In this document: piece by piece, positions 1-10,146 of the stretch
Layout of the letters: each line of letters starts with the position of its first letter
Numbering within the stretch: position 1 is the stretch's first letter
Assembly: GCA_937900965.1 (NCBI GenBank)
Contig: CALCGJ010000056.1
Coordinates: forward strand, 1 to 61,410
Reading direction: 5' to 3'
From: an uncultured Bacteroidota bacterium
GTDB lineage: Bacteria; Bacteroidota; Bacteroidia; Bacteroidales; FEN-979
Length of the DNA: 61,410 bases
Translations under genes and position numbers: made by a program
The notes under the pieces: model-generated
What the model saw: only the letters and a program-made list of their open reading frames with translations
Database searches by the model: none
Told to the model about the DNA's origin: nothing

Positions 1-252
1 TTCGGACAAAACCTTGGAAATTTTCTCGCTCCCTGGCTGGTTCGCTTTCGCGCCGGATGCCTGACTATCGGTGGAAATATATCCCGTGGCTACGAACTTT
101 TTGAGAAGCCATTCAGAACCGCATTGAGGTCACATAACTGCAGCACCGATGTTTTCCTTTCTGAACTGGGTGAGTGTGCTGCAATTGCAGGAAGTGCAAG
201 GCTTACCGACGATACATTCTATTTGAACTTACCATTTATCTCCAATAAATAA
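1..252 (+). CDS. ROK family sugar kinase/regulator, C-terminal part (5' partial; not in ORF track)
   Basis: Frame 1 is open from base 1 to TAA at 250-252: FGQNLGNFLAPWLVRFRAGCLTIGGNISRGYELF...SELGECAAIAGSARL. The IGGNIS and LGExAAxxGSA motifs are typical of ROK C-termini, and the gene lies directly upstream of a sugar MFS. Confidence 0.75.
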   Translation, partial: FGQNLGNFLAPWLVRFRAGCLTIGGNISRGYELFEKPFRTALRSHNCSTDVFLSELGECAAIAGSARLTDDTFYLNLPFISNK

Positions 253-260
253 AACCATTT

Positions 261-1412
261 ATGGAAACCAGCAAACTCAAATACTCCCATTTGTTACCGG
301 TACTGATGGCATTCATGGTCATGAGTTTTGTCGACCTTGTTGGCATCGGTGTCGACCGCGTTAGTAAAGACATGGCTCTCAGCGCTACCATGGGCCAGCT
401 GATCCCCTCTGCTGCTTTCCTCTGGTTCCTGCTGCTCTCGGTACCGACCGGAATTGTTCAGGCACGAATAGGTAAACGGCACATACTGAACATTGGTATG
501 GTTATCACAGCCATAGGCATGCTTCTCCCCTACTTCTCCTACTCTTTCGGGACCGTTCTGGTCGGGTTTGCCCTGTTGGGGATCGGGAACACGATAGTAC
601 AGGTGTCGGCCAATCCATTGCTTGTTGATGTGGTGTCGGGTCGGAAGGTTTCCAGTTTCATGAGCTTTTCGCAGTTTGTCAAATCGGTAGGATCGATGAT
701 AGGGGCGCCGTTTGCAGCTTTTTGCGCTATCCAGTTCGGAGATTGGAAACTAATCTTCCTTGTTTTCGGGATCGTCTCTATTTTATCAGCCCTGTGGCTT
801 GGTTCTGTAAAGATCGATGAACTGAAAGTAGAAGGCCAACGGGTCACGTTTGGATCCGCCTTCAAATTGCTTGGCAATAGATTCATCCTGATGATGGTCA
901 TGTCAATTTTCGTTGTTGTTGGTATCGATGTTGGATTCAATTCAAACTCGGGACAATTCCTGATCAGACATTTCGGAATTGAAGATATTGCCGCTGAATC
1001 GGGAAGAAGTATTTACTTTTTCGGCAAGATGCTTGGCACCTTCCTGGGAGCCATCCTGTTAACCCGGTTATCCCCCCGCAAGTTCTTCGTCTGGACATCC
1101 ATTCTCGGCATCATTGCCCTTGTTATCATCATTTTCTCCACCGCTCATTTCATGGCCTGGATCCTGGTTTTCGTCATTGGCCTGACTGTGGCCAATATCT
1201 GGCCACTTGTATTTTCGATTACCATCGAGAAATATCCGGACCGGGGTAACGAGGTCTCAGGACTGATGATGATGGCGATCTGCGGAGGAGCCGTTATCCC
1301 ACTGCTGATGGGCTGGATCACTGACCTGTCGTCAGCCATGATGGGCATGGCAGTACTGATTCTCTGTATGGTTTATCTGCTGGGGGTGGCGTTGTATACG
1401 CTGAAGAAATGA
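261..1412 (+). CDS. MFS sugar transporter (FucP/GluP-like)
   Basis: 383 aa with about 12 hydrophobic segments; GNTIVQVSANPLL and MMMAICGGAVIP are FucP-like motifs; follows a ROK gene. Confidence 0.8.
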   Translation: METSKLKYSHLLPVLMAFMVMSFVDLVGIGVDRVSKDMALSATMGQLIPSAAFLWFLLLSVPTGIVQARIGKRHILNIGMVITAIGMLLPYFSYSFGTVLVGFALLGIGNTIVQVSANPLLVDVVSGRKVSSFMSFSQFVKSVGSMIGAPFAAFCAIQFGDWKLIFLVFGIVSILSALWLGSVKIDELKVEGQRVTFGSAFKLLGNRFILMMVMSIFVVVGIDVGFNSNSGQFLIRHFGIEDIAAESGRSIYFFGKMLGTFLGAILLTRLSPRKFFVWTSILGIIALVIIIFSTAHFMAWILVFVIGLTVANIWPLVFSITIEKYPDRGNEVSGLMMMAICGGAVIPLLMGWITDLSSAMMGMAVLILCMVYLLGVALYTLKK

Positions 1413-1480
1413 CAGGAATGATAACAATGACGAATGACATGAATTCGAATTATTCGTCATTCTTGCTCATTCTTGTCATT
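1408..1480. repeat. Imperfect inverted repeat of AATGAC(A/G)AG units between convergent genes; probable bidirectional terminator; second half-copy at 37508-37546
   Basis: Left arm AATGACAGGAATGATAACAATGACGAAT; right arm (reverse complement) AATGACAAGAATGAGCAAGAATGACGAAT. The arms contain the stop codons of both flanking genes. Confidence 0.7.
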
Positions 1481-2180
1481 GCACCAGGGTTCCCACCTTC
1501 TCCCCTTGTACAACCCTCTTCAGATTCCCGGTTACGTTCATATTGAACACTACGATGGGCAGGTTGTTCTCTTTACATAGGGTGAAGGCGGTGAGGTCCA
1601 TTATTTTCAGCCCTTTTTCTATGGCTTCATTGAATGAAAGTGTCTCATATCTCACAGCGGTAGGATCTTTTTCAGGGTCGGCCGTATAGACACCGTCCAC
1701 GCGGGTACCTTTGAGGATAACATCTGCTTTGATCTCCACGGCACGAAGTGCAGAAGCAGTATCGGTGGTAAAATAGGGATTTCCGGTCCCCCCGCTGATG
1801 ATGGTAATGAAGCCCTGTTCCAGGTATTGAATTGCCCGGTCGCTGCTCATCTCCTCCACAATGGGATCAATGGCAATACCGCCCAGAAGTTTTGACCTAA
1901 GACCTAGTTTCTCCAATGCATCCTGGATTGCCATGCTATTGATCACTGTAGCCAGCATGCCCATGTAGTCGCCAGTTACACGGTTGACTCCCTGTACAGT
2001 CCCTTGAAGTCCTCTGAAGATATTCCCTCCTCCGATCACAATAGCAACCTGGACGTGCTCATCTACAACGGATTTAACTTCAGCAGCATAAGTTGCCAGT
2101 CGCTGCGGGTCGATGCCATAGCCCTGTGCGCCTTCAAGGGCTTCACCGGAGAGCTTTAAAAGAATCCTTGTATACTTCAT
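1476..2180 (-). CDS. pyrH: UMP kinase
   Basis: RILLKLSGEAL, GGGNIFRG, GDYMGMLATVIN, GTGNPYFTTDT. Start moved to the ATG of MKYTRILL because the longer ORF start lies inside a palindrome. Confidence 0.97.
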   Translation of the reverse strand: MKYTRILLKLSGEALEGAQGYGIDPQRLATYAAEVKSVVDEHVQVAIVIGGGNIFRGLQGTVQGVNRVTGDYMGMLATVINSMAIQDALEKLGLRSKLLGGIAIDPIVEEMSSDRAIQYLEQGFITIISGGTGNPYFTTDTASALRAVEIKADVILKGTRVDGVYTADPEKDPTAVRYETLSFNEAIEKGLKIMDLTAFTLCKENNLPIVVFNMNVTGNLKRVVQGEKVGTLVQ

Positions 2181-2197
2181 AGGGTTCACTTTACATA

Positions 2198-2226
2198 GTT
2201 GGAGGCGAGGCATGCCTCGCCTTTAC
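2198..2226. repeat. REP-like palindrome (AGGCGAGGCATGCCTCGCCT)
   Basis: Perfect 20-bp palindrome at 2203-2222, closely related to the copy at 23269-23296. Confidence 0.8.
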
Positions 2227-2266
2227 GTCTTTCGTCCTTCGTCCCTCGTCCTTCATCCTTTATCCT
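2226..2266 (-). repeat. Heptamer tandem array (GGACGAR-type) starting at the secA stop
   Basis: Minus strand reads GGATAAA GGATGAA GGACGAG GGACGAA GGACGAA; same family as 28880-28911. Confidence 0.75.
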
Positions 2267-5200
2267 CCTGTTCCATGACAATTCTTGAACTTTTTCCCGC
2301 TTCCACATGGACAAGGATCATTTCTTCCCACTTTCTTTTCCACTTTAACAGGTTGCGGTCTGCTCTTTTCCTGGGTGTTTGAATGGGCTTGTGAAAGGAG
2401 GTCGGAGCGCTCTTCTTTCAAACGTTGCCGATCAAGTTTCCTGGGCATCTGGGCTTCCTGGACATTATCGGCCTGCATCGGGACGTCGCATTTGATAAGA
2501 AATGAGATGATCTCTTTGTTGGTCTTCATCATCATCGCTTTGAAGAGTTCGAACGACTCAAATTTGTAGATCAGCAAAGGATCCTTCTGCTCATATGCGG
2601 CATTCTGAACTGACTGTTTCAAGTCGTCCATTTCGCGGAGATGGTCTTTCCAGGCGTTGTCGATCATCCCCAGCACCACTCCTTTCTCGATCGCCAGTAC
2701 CACCTCTTTCCCTTTGTCCTCAAAGGCTTTCTTAAGATTGGCAACTGCCTGTATCGATTTAATTCCGTCGGTAACCGGCACCGCTATGTTCTCATACCGG
2801 GTGTCGTTTTCAAGTACGTTCTTCACCACTGGATAGACTCGCTTAGCAATACTTTCGTTCTTCTCCCGGTACCTCTTGTAGGTGGCGGTATAAACACGCG
2901 TAGTGAGTTCATCGCTACTCAGGGAGGAGAACTCTTCCTCAGAAACAGGGGGTTCAATGGCAAAATCTTTGAGCAGTTCCAATTTTAATCCGGCGTAATC
3001 GCTGGTATCCTGATAATCTATTGCTGTGGCTTCACAAACATCGTAGATCATATTTGCGATGTCGACAGCTAACCGCTCTCCAAACAAGGCATGATGGCGT
3101 TTCTTGTAGATTGCTTCCCGCTGGATGTTCATCACGTCGTCGTACTCCAGTAACCGTTTCCGGATACCAAAGTTGTTCTCTTCCACTTTCTTCTGTGCCC
3201 GCTCGATCGATTTTGTGATCATCGAGTGCTGGATCACTTCACCCTCCTCAATTCCCATAGTGTCCATGATCTTTGCGATCCGTCCCGATCCAAACATCCG
3301 CATCAGGTCATCTTCCAGGCAGACGAAGAACTGGGAACTGCCGGGGTCGCCCTGGCGACCGGACCGGCCCCGAAGCTGGCGGTCAACCCGCCTGGATTCG
3401 TGCCGTTCAGTTCCCATAATAGCCAATCCGCCAGCTTCTTTCACCCCTTTGCCCAATTTGATGTCGGTACCCCGACCAGCCATATTGGTTGCAATGGTCA
3501 CCGTACCAGGTTTTCCGGCTTCTGCCACAACATCAGCTTCCTTGGCATGCAGTTTGGCATTTAATACGTTATGTGGAACATTTACCCGTTTAAGCATTCG
3601 GCTTAACAGTTCGGAAGTCTCAACCGACGTTGTCCCCACAAGCACCGGGCGACCCTGCTCAACCATTTTTTCAATCTCTTCGATCACCGCATTGAACTTC
3701 TCCCGCTTGGTTTTGAAGACCAGATCTTCCCGGTCATCCCTTACCACCGGTTTGTTGGTAGGAATCACAACCACATCCAACTTGTAGATATCCCACAGCT
3801 CGCCTGCTTCTGTCTCAGCAGTTCCGGTCATCCCTGCCAGTTTTTTATACATCCGGAAATAGTTCTGTAGGGTGATTGTAGCATATGTTTGCGTAGCAGC
3901 CTCGATCTTCACGTTCTCCTTAGCTTCGATCGCCTGATGCAATCCATCGGAATATCTTCTTCCCTCCAGGATACGACCAGTCTGCTCATCAACGATCTTC
4001 ACCTTATTATCCATCACTACGTACTCAACGTCTTTCTCAAAAAGTGCATACGCTTTAAGAAGTTGGTTTACAGTATGTACACGCTCTGCCTTAATCGCAT
4101 AATCGCGCATCAGGGCGCTCTTTTTCTCCAGGAGATCCGTTTCTGTCATTTCCAACTTATCCAGTTCAGCCAGTTCCGAGCCAATATCAGGGAGGATATA
4201 GAAAGTTGCATCTTCATATGACTCGGTCAGCAGGTCTATCCCCTGTTCGGTAAGTTCAATGGTGTTGTTCTTCTCATCTATGACAAAAAAGAGTTCATCA
4301 TTGATGATGTGCATATTTTTCGCCTGTTCCGCCAGATAGAAATTTTCTGTCTTCTGCATCAGGGCCTTCATGCCCGGCTCACTGAGAAATTTTATAAGAG
4401 CCTTATTTTTGGGTAACCCATGATGACAACGGAGCAGCTGATCTCCGACCTTCTTGACACTTTCATTATTGGACTCATCTCCTGCTAAACTCTTGGCCTC
4501 AGCCAACAGTTTGGTGACGAGGTTTCGCTGAGCATTGTATAATTTAGTTACCTGTAGTTTCAAATCATCAAATAACTGATTTTCACCTTTGGGCGTGGGA
4601 CCGGATATGATCAAAGGTGTACGGGCATCATCGATCAGAACAGAGTCCACCTCATCGACGATCACATAGTTGTGTACCCGCTGCACCATCTCCTCCGGCA
4701 GGCTGGTCATATTATCACGCAGGTAGTCGAAACCGAACTCGTTATTCGTTCCATATGTGACATCGGCCAGGTAGGCTTTTCTTCGGGCCTCTGAATTTGG
4801 CTCATGCTTGTCAATACAATCCACCTTCAGACCATGAAACTCAAACAGTGTTCCCATCCATTCCGAGTCGCGTCGGGCCAGGTAATCGTTAACTGTAACA
4901 AGGTGAACACCTTTTCCGGGAAGTGCATTAAGATAGACCGGGAGTGTGGCGACAAGGGTTTTTCCTTCACCTGTAGCCATTTCAGCAATCGTTCCCTGAT
5001 GGAGAACGATCCCACCAACAAGCTGGCAATCGTAGTGAACCATGTCCCATCTGATCATATTCCCGCCCGCCATCCAGGAGCTATTAAATCTCGCTTTATC
5101 GCCAACGATCTCCACACTGGGTTTCAGGGCAGCAAGATCGCGGTCCATATCTGTTGCTGTCACGTCCAGGTATTCGTTATCGACAAACCGCCGGCCGGTT

Positions 5201-5547
5201 TCCCTCATCACGGCGAAAGCTTCAGGGAGAATCTCATTCAGTATCTCCTGGCTGAGATCATAACTCTCTTTTTCAAGTTTGTCAAAAGCAGCATACAGAT
5301 TTTCCTTCTCCTCAATCTCAACATCATCTGACTCAATCTGTAGCTTCAGCGCCTCAATCTCGCTCTCTTTTCCGGCAATATACTCTTTTATCCGTGCCTT
5401 GAATTCGATTGTTTTGGCACGTAATTCATCATTGGAGAGGGAGTGCAGGGTTTGATCAATCTTAACCGACTGGTCTGCGATTGGCTGGATATCTTTGATA
5501 TCCCTGTCGGATTTACTCCCTAACATTTTTTTTACAAAACCAAACAT
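2260..5547 (-). CDS. secA: Preprotein translocase subunit SecA
   Basis: EMATGEGKT Walker [36 protein letters not shown] and a C-terminal SEC-C motif [19 protein letters not shown]. Confidence 0.99.
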   Translation of the reverse strand: MFGFVKKMLGSKSDRDIKDIQPIADQSVKIDQTLHSLSNDELRAKTIEFKARIKEYIAGKESEIEALKLQIESDDVEIEEKENLYAAFDKLEKESYDLSQEILNEILPEAFAVMRETGRRFVDNEYLDVTATDMDRDLAALKPSVEIVGDKARFNSSWMAGGNMIRWDMVHYDCQLVGGIVLHQGTIAEMATGEGKTLVATLPVYLNALPGKGVHLVTVNDYLARRDSEWMGTLFEFHGLKVDCIDKHEPNSEARRKAYLADVTYGTNNEFGFDYLRDNMTSLPEEMVQRVHNYVIVDEVDSVLIDDARTPLIISGPTPKGENQLFDDLKLQVTKLYNAQRNLVTKLLAEAKSLAGDESNNESVKKVGDQLLRCHHGLPKNKALIKFLSEPGMKALMQKTENFYLAEQAKNMHIINDELFFVIDEKNNTIELTEQGIDLLTESYEDATFYILPDIGSELAELDKLEMTETDLLEKKSALMRDYAIKAERVHTVNQLLKAYALFEKDVEYVVMDNKVKIVDEQTGRILEGRRYSDGLHQAIEAKENVKIEAATQTYATITLQNYFRMYKKLAGMTGTAETEAGELWDIYKLDVVVIPTNKPVVRDDREDLVFKTKREKFNAVIEEIEKMVEQGRPVLVGTTSVETSELLSRMLKRVNVPHNVLNAKLHAKEADVVAEAGKPGTVTIATNMAGRGTDIKLGKGVKEAGGLAIMGTERHESRRVDRQLRGRSGRQGDPGSSQFFVCLEDDLMRMFGSGRIAKIMDTMGIEEGEVIQHSMITKSIERAQKKVEENNFGIRKRLLEYDDVMNIQREAIYKKRHHALFGERLAVDIANMIYDVCEATAIDYQDTSDYAGLKLELLKDFAIEPPVSEEEFSSLSSDELTTRVYTATYKRYREKNESIAKRVYPVVKNVLENDTRYENIAVPVTDGIKSIQAVANLKKAFEDKGKEVVLAIEKGVVLGMIDNAWKDHLREMDDLKQSVQNAAYEQKDPLLIYKFESFELFKAMMMKTNKEIISFLIKCDVPMQADNVQEAQMPRKLDRQRLKEERSDLLSQAHSNTQEKSRPQPVKVEKKVGRNDPCPCGSGKKFKNCHGTGG

Positions 5548-5569
5548 GATATGTCTACTTTTTTTTCAA

Positions 5570-6994
5570 TCAGTTTATAAGTTCTTCGATCACTTGTTCC
5601 AACCCTTCGCTGGGACCAGGAGCCGGTGCCCGAACAATGTTTCCCTCTTTATCGATTACCACATACAATGGATAGGTCCGTACCTCATAATCCACAAGCA
5701 GATCCGTATTATCCGAGAAGTGGAGAAGAGTCCATGCAAATTCCGGTTTGATCTGTGCGAAGTAATTCATCTTTATCCAGTATCTATCGGCACTGATACT
5801 GATGAACTCCACCTGATCCTTGTATTTTTCATACAGGAGAACCTCGAGTTCCATCTCAGCAAGGCATCCCTGACAAAAAGTAGTCCAGAAATTAATAACA
5901 ACAGGTTTTCCCCTGAATTCGTTCAGAGAGAGAAACTGATCTTTTGTTCTTCCCATCAGTGAAAACCCGGGAGCAGGTGTTCCGTGGCGAAGCTTCGTCA
6001 CTTTTGCCAACATGTTCGAAGCTATCACCCTGTTCATCTCCTGTGGACTTTCGCGGATGATGGTTTTGAAGATTTCGATAATCGGATCCTCCAGTTCCTG
6101 GTTGGAGTAAAAGAGTTCAAACAACCCTTTCAGGAGGACAAGTTCCCGAAACGTATCATTCCTGAGCACAGAATCGGCAGCCATCGTCTTCATGAGATTC
6201 GGATAGGGAGACGTGCGTTTGATAATAGCTTTTATGTCAATTTTCCGGAGGATGTCGGATGAAGCGGTAAGGTACCTGGTGAAATAGTTATTAAAAAACT
6301 GCATGTACTCTACATTGTTGTAGAGGATTGGCTTATCTATGAAGTAGGTCCTGGCCAGGTTATAGGTATTTTGTGCATGTGCGATCTGTTCCAATCCGGC
6401 AGTTTTATACCGCATATAATTCTGAAAGTATGGTTGATCTATACCCCTGTACCAGCCATTGACCTGAAGCCGGAAGGTGTCCAGGTAGTTTTTTTTTCGT
6501 TCAAGGTAAAGAACGTTGAAATTATCCAGAAGAAACTGGTTGTATTTGTCGTTGTAAGCATTGATCCAGATGTTCAACTCATTATCACCGGGATTGATCA
6601 GTTCGATCTCCAGATTCTGTGAGAGGATAAAAGGATTAACCTCCAGATTATCGGTGTAGTTGATGGGAGCCAACTTCATCCTGTAGGTTAAGCCGGGTTG
6701 CATAAACAAGTCTGATCGGTGAAGATCTATGGCTACAGAAATATACGAAGTAGCGGCGAGGTTGAAGGTCATTGCAAAGTTTCCCATTGTGTCAATCACA
6801 GCTTCAGCAACTTTCTCTTCCGTGAAGGTGATCAGGTCGCCCCAGGTGATAAGCCTGATTGTCTTCCCTTCAGCTCCTACTGCAGAACCAGTCAGGGAAA
6901 CCTGTTGGGAATAACTTGAGAAGAACAGGCAAACAAGCGTTATTATCGGAATAATGGGTAGTAATGATTGGCGTTTCATTGATAATTTAGTCAT
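5570..6994 (-). CDS. TlpA/redoxin family thiol-disulfide oxidoreductase (exported; start may be 6979)
   Basis: Signal peptide; C-terminal thioredoxin fold APGFSL...GKPVVINFWTTFCQGC...YEVRTYPLYVVIDKEG. Confidence 0.8.
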   Translation of the reverse strand: MTKLSMKRQSLLPIIPIITLVCLFFSSYSQQVSLTGSAVGAEGKTIRLITWGDLITFTEEKVAEAVIDTMGNFAMTFNLAATSYISVAIDLHRSDLFMQPGLTYRMKLAPINYTDNLEVNPFILSQNLEIELINPGDNELNIWINAYNDKYNQFLLDNFNVLYLERKKNYLDTFRLQVNGWYRGIDQPYFQNYMRYKTAGLEQIAHAQNTYNLARTYFIDKPILYNNVEYMQFFNNYFTRYLTASSDILRKIDIKAIIKRTSPYPNLMKTMAADSVLRNDTFRELVLLKGLFELFYSNQELEDPIIEIFKTIIRESPQEMNRVIASNMLAKVTKLRHGTPAPGFSLMGRTKDQFLSLNEFRGKPVVINFWTTFCQGCLAEMELEVLLYEKYKDQVEFISISADRYWIKMNYFAQIKPEFAWTLLHFSDNTDLLVDYEVRTYPLYVVIDKEGNIVRAPAPGPSEGLEQVIEELIN

Positions 6995-7022
6995 TCGTAA
7001 TTCTATTTATTCTATTCGTTTA

Positions 7023-7085
7023 CTCACCCCACCCCACCCACCCCCTAAAGGGGAGGGAGTAAGTCCCCTTTAGGGGATTTAGGGG
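7023..7085. repeat. CCCCTAAATCCCC/AAGGGGACTT double-hairpin element, copy 1
   Basis: CCCCCTAAAGGGGAGGGAGTAAGTCCCCTTTAGGGGATTTAGGGG, with related copies at 23890, 28803 and 60627. It contains the coaD stop. Confidence 0.8.
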
Positions 7086-7537
7086 TTAATTCCTTCCGGA
7101 ACAAATTGTCTGACATCTCCACCGTTGCGATGGATCTCGCGAACGATTGAGGAACTCAGAGCACTATATTCGGGAGCGCTGAGCAGAAAAATGGTCTCAA
7201 GTCCAGGCATCATTGCCCGGTTCATGATGCCGATGCCCCGTTCAAAATCAAAATCAGCAGCGGTCCGAAGGCCCCTGAGGATATACTTCGCTCCCGTTTG
7301 TTGGCAGTAATCGATAGTCAGTCCGGAATAGCTGGCCACTTTGACCTTTGGTTCTGATGAGAAGATCCTCCTAAGCCACTCCATTCGTTTCTCAAGGGGA
7401 AAATATCCACTTTTTTCAGAATTTTCGCCAATGGCAACTACTATGGAATCAAACAGGGGCAAAGCCCGGAGGATAACCGACTCGTGCCCTCGGGTGATTG
7501 GATCAAAAGAACCCGGAAAAACAGCAACTTTATTCAT
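7079..7537 (-). CDS. coaD: Phosphopantetheine adenylyltransferase
   Basis: AVFPGSFDPITRGH, ILRGLRTAADFDFE, SSSIVRE. Confidence 0.97.
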   Translation of the reverse strand: MNKVAVFPGSFDPITRGHESVILRALPLFDSIVVAIGENSEKSGYFPLEKRMEWLRRIFSSEPKVKVASYSGLTIDYCQQTGAKYILRGLRTAADFDFERGIGIMNRAMMPGLETIFLLSAPEYSALSSSIVREIHRNGGDVRQFVPEGINP

Positions 7538-7554
7538 AGGATATCTTTACCGAA

Positions 7555-7562
7555 CAAAGATA
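7555..7562 (-). promoter_or_regulatory. Bacteroidota -7 promoter box for coaD
   Basis: TATCTTTG on the minus strand, 17 nt upstream of the ATG; matches TAnnTTTG. Confidence 0.6.
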
Positions 7563-7582
7563 CAAAAAGGGGAGGAATTAAC

Positions 7583-8365
7583 TTATTCAAAGGTAAGAGA
7601 GACCTGGAAGATTTTCGCGTTCAGTTTTTCGATGCCGTCGGTGTATATGTTGGCTTCACGTGTGAGTATATCCATCAGTCCGTACATCATTTTTATCTCG
7701 ATGCCAAATTTGAACCATTCGTTGTAAAAGTCAAACCCTATTCCCGCCTGAGCATAGAGATCATTCTGGTTGAATTTCACGATCTTCTGATCGGAGTTTT
7801 TCTGTTCCCGTTTCTTCGCCTGGGAGGCAAGGTCAAGCGTGTATTGAATACCTGTCATCAGGTATGTCCTGAAGTTTCTATATCTCTTTGATTTGAATTT
7901 GATCTCAAGCGGAAAGTTGATGTAGGTGGAAGGGATGCGTTTCGTGACACTGATCACAGAGGTATCACCATCGCGAAAGGTAGCCAGGTTATATACCATA
8001 TCACGATCACCAAATGCCAACGATGGAATAAAGCGGAGGTTAAAATGATCCCCTATTTTCATATCGCTTACTATACTGATCACAAACCCGGGAGTGGGAA
8101 TGCCTTCTATAGAAAGGATCAGGGCTGAATCGGGAAGCGGAAGGATATCGGGGATGTATTCAGAAGACCACATCCGGGTATTCATGTCTGCAATTGGCTT
8201 GATGGTGAGATAGCTCAGATTGGCCCCCAGTACAAATCCGAAATGGAATTTATCGTTGTCGTACGTTGACATATTGGGGACACCAAACCGTTGAGATGAT
8301 CCTTTAAGAGGGATCAGAGCAACCATCAGAAAAAGCAGGAGAATAATTTGAATCAGTTTTTTCAA
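7583..8365 (-). CDS. porT: PorT/SprT family T9SS outer-membrane beta-barrel protein
   Basis: TTG start (MKKLIQIILLL signal peptide); YDNDKFHFGF, LRFIPSLAFGDR, FPLEIKFKS, GIGFDFY..FKFGIE; C-terminal TFE; adjacent to ubiE as in other Bacteroidota. Confidence 0.85.
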   Translation of the reverse strand: MKKLIQIILLLFLMVALIPLKGSSQRFGVPNMSTYDNDKFHFGFVLGANLSYLTIKPIADMNTRMWSSEYIPDILPLPDSALILSIEGIPTPGFVISIVSDMKIGDHFNLRFIPSLAFGDRDMVYNLATFRDGDTSVISVTKRIPSTYINFPLEIKFKSKRYRNFRTYLMTGIQYTLDLASQAKKREQKNSDQKIVKFNQNDLYAQAGIGFDFYNEWFKFGIEIKMMYGLMDILTREANIYTDGIEKLNAKIFQVSLTFE

Positions 8366-8430
8366 CGGAAGGGTTCGGATTATAGATATGACTAACGCTT
8401 GGCTGCCGCTTTTATTTTGAATTTCAGCGG

Positions 8431-8438
8431 CAAAGGTA
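8431..8438 (-). promoter_or_regulatory. -7 promoter box for porT
   Basis: TACCTTTG on the minus strand; supports a start downstream of the ORF-track start. Confidence 0.55.
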
Positions 8439-8439
8439 A

Positions 8440-9150
8440 TTATTTTTCGGCGCAATAGAGGGTGGCTATACCTCCTGATAATCTGATCTGTCGAAGCTTC
8501 CGGAGTCCCAATTTCCCAAGGATAGAGAGGAAAGCATCACCGCTGGGGAAAGTAGCTACAGTTTCCGGAAGGTATGTATAGGCCTGTTTGTGTCTTGATA
8601 TCAGCCTCCCAAAAAGCGGGATGATCCCCTTCGAGTAAAAGGAATAGAGTTGTTTCATTGGGAAACCGGCGGGATGCGAGAACTCGAGAATCAACATCAA
8701 CCCACCCGGGGTCATCACCCGTTTCATCTCCTGCAAGCCACTCTTCAACTCTTCAAAGTTGCGTACCCCGAAAGCAACCATGACTATATCGAAACTATTT
8801 TCTTCAAACGGAATCTTTTCAGCTTCACCTTCATGGAAAGATATGACATTCCCCAGTCCTTTTGAGAGGATTTTTCGCTTTCCAACCTCCATCATGGATT
8901 TAGAGATGTCGACTCCATCGATGTGTGCCGGATGCAGCCTGGCGACAGCGATAGCCAAATCTCCGGTTCCTGTTGCCATATCCAGGATCTGCAGAGAAGA
9001 AAGTTGCTCACGAAACCGCTTCCGGATCTCACTGACGACACGTCTTCTCCATATGTGATCAATTCCAAAAGAGAGAAAGTGATTGAGAAAATCATACCGG
9101 GGGGAGATTTCATCAAACATAGACCGTACCGAATCTTTGTTAGGGGACAT
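8440..9150 (-). CDS. ubiE: Demethylmenaquinone methyltransferase (UbiE/MenG)
   Basis: MFDEISPRYDFLNHFLSFGID, ILDMATGTGD, VAFGVRNF, ILEFS, AYTYLPETV. Confidence 0.95.
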   Translation of the reverse strand: MSPNKDSVRSMFDEISPRYDFLNHFLSFGIDHIWRRRVVSEIRKRFREQLSSLQILDMATGTGDLAIAVARLHPAHIDGVDISKSMMEVGKRKILSKGLGNVISFHEGEAEKIPFEENSFDIVMVAFGVRNFEELKSGLQEMKRVMTPGGLMLILEFSHPAGFPMKQLYSFYSKGIIPLFGRLISRHKQAYTYLPETVATFPSGDAFLSILGKLGLRKLRQIRLSGGIATLYCAEK

Positions 9151-9154
9151 AAGG

Positions 9155-9162
9155 CAAAAGTA
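9155..9162 (-). promoter_or_regulatory. -7 promoter box only 4 nt before the ubiE ATG (probable leaderless transcript)
   Basis: Minus strand TACTTTTG-CCTT-ATG. Confidence 0.55.
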
Positions 9163-9163
9163 A

Positions 9164-9202
9164 TTAAAAGAGGCTGTCAGATTACCTATCCAACAGCCTC
9201 AT
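9164..9202 (-). terminator. Rho-independent terminator of the rplM-rpsI-rpsB-tsf operon
   Basis: Minus strand GAGGCTGT...ACAGCCTC stem followed by TTTTAATT. Confidence 0.75.
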
Positions 9203-9223
9203 TCGTGCTTTACAGTTCTATTC

Positions 9224-10057
9224 TTAAGCTCCCAGCTGGAGACGTTTAAACGCGGTCACTTTCAAATCTTTATCGTGTTCAATAACGTACTGACCAACGG
9301 TTTTCTTGTTATCCTTAATAAAATCCTGGTTCATCAACGTATTCTCCTTGAAGAATTTATTCAGTTTACCTATGGAGATCTTCTCCAGTAATTCTTCAGG
9401 TTTTCCTTCCAGCCTGGCCTGCTCTTTGCCAATCTCGATCTCATGGTCGATTATTTTTTGATCCACGTCATCCTTATCAATGGAAACAGGGTTCATGGCG
9501 GCAACCTGCATTGCGATTTCACGTCCAAGTTCCTCGATCCCTTTGACATCTTTTTTATTGAAACCAATGATTGTGGCTAATCTGTTTCCATGATGGTTGT
9601 AAGCGAATACAATTGGCGCCTCGATGGATTCAAACGCAGCAACCTGCATTTTTTCACCAGTTTTGCCAAGGAGTTCATTGAGTTTTTCTTCAACTGTGAG
9701 GGGTCCTACCTTCAAAGGCAGGAGTGCGGAGGTTTCCGTAAGTTTGTTATTGATTCCCAGTTCAAGAAGATCTTTGGAGAACTTGATAAAATCATCATTC
9801 TTACCTACAAAATCTGTTTCACAGCTAACCATAACAACGGCACCAAAGCCTTTGTCATCTGTGGTTTTGGCAATAACGAAGCCTTCATTGGCCTCACGAT
9901 CGGCCCGTTTGGAGGCTACTTTTTGTCCTTTTTTCCGCAAGTAATCAACGGCCTGTTCAAAATCGCCTTCGGATTCCTGCAATGCTTTTTTGCAATCCAT
10001 CATTCCGGCACCAGTCATCTGGCGCAACTTATTTACATCTGCTGCTGTAATGTTCAT
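9224..10057 (-). CDS. tsf: Elongation factor Ts
   Basis: VNKLRQMTGAGMMDCKKAL, CETDFV, IAMQVAAMNP. Confidence 0.98.
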   Translation of the reverse strand: MNITAADVNKLRQMTGAGMMDCKKALQESEGDFEQAVDYLRKKGQKVASKRADREANEGFVIAKTTDDKGFGAVVMVSCETDFVGKNDDFIKFSKDLLELGINNKLTETSALLPLKVGPLTVEEKLNELLGKTGEKMQVAAFESIEAPIVFAYNHHGNRLATIIGFNKKDVKGIEELGREIAMQVAAMNPVSIDKDDVDQKIIDHEIEIGKEQARLEGKPEELLEKISIGKLNKFFKENTLMNQDFIKDNKKTVGQYVIEHDKDLKVTAFKRLQLGA

Positions 10058-10082
10058 AGTTCGTGTTATTGTAGGTTTCAGA

Positions 10083-10110
10083 CTTGAGCCGCAATGAATT
10101 GCGGCTGTAC
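10083..10110. repeat. REP-like palindrome between rpsB and tsf
   Basis: Minus strand GTAC-AGCCGCAAT-TC-ATTGCGGCT. A GGGATAC heptamer remnant at 10126-10153 overlaps the rpsB stop. Confidence 0.65.
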
Positions 10111-10146
10111 TTTCGGGTTTATCGCAGATCCCGTATCCCGTATCGC

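Noticed and set aside
2181-2213. ORF-track N-terminal extensions (pyrH, porT, rplM, 16794 gene, Smr gene, rluD, mqnB, rfaD)
   Set aside because: They run through promoters, repeats or upstream genes; downstream starts match family N-termini or signal peptides.
3125-3787. 220-aa ORF and other plus-strand ORFs within secA
   Set aside because: Antisense shadows of a highly conserved gene.
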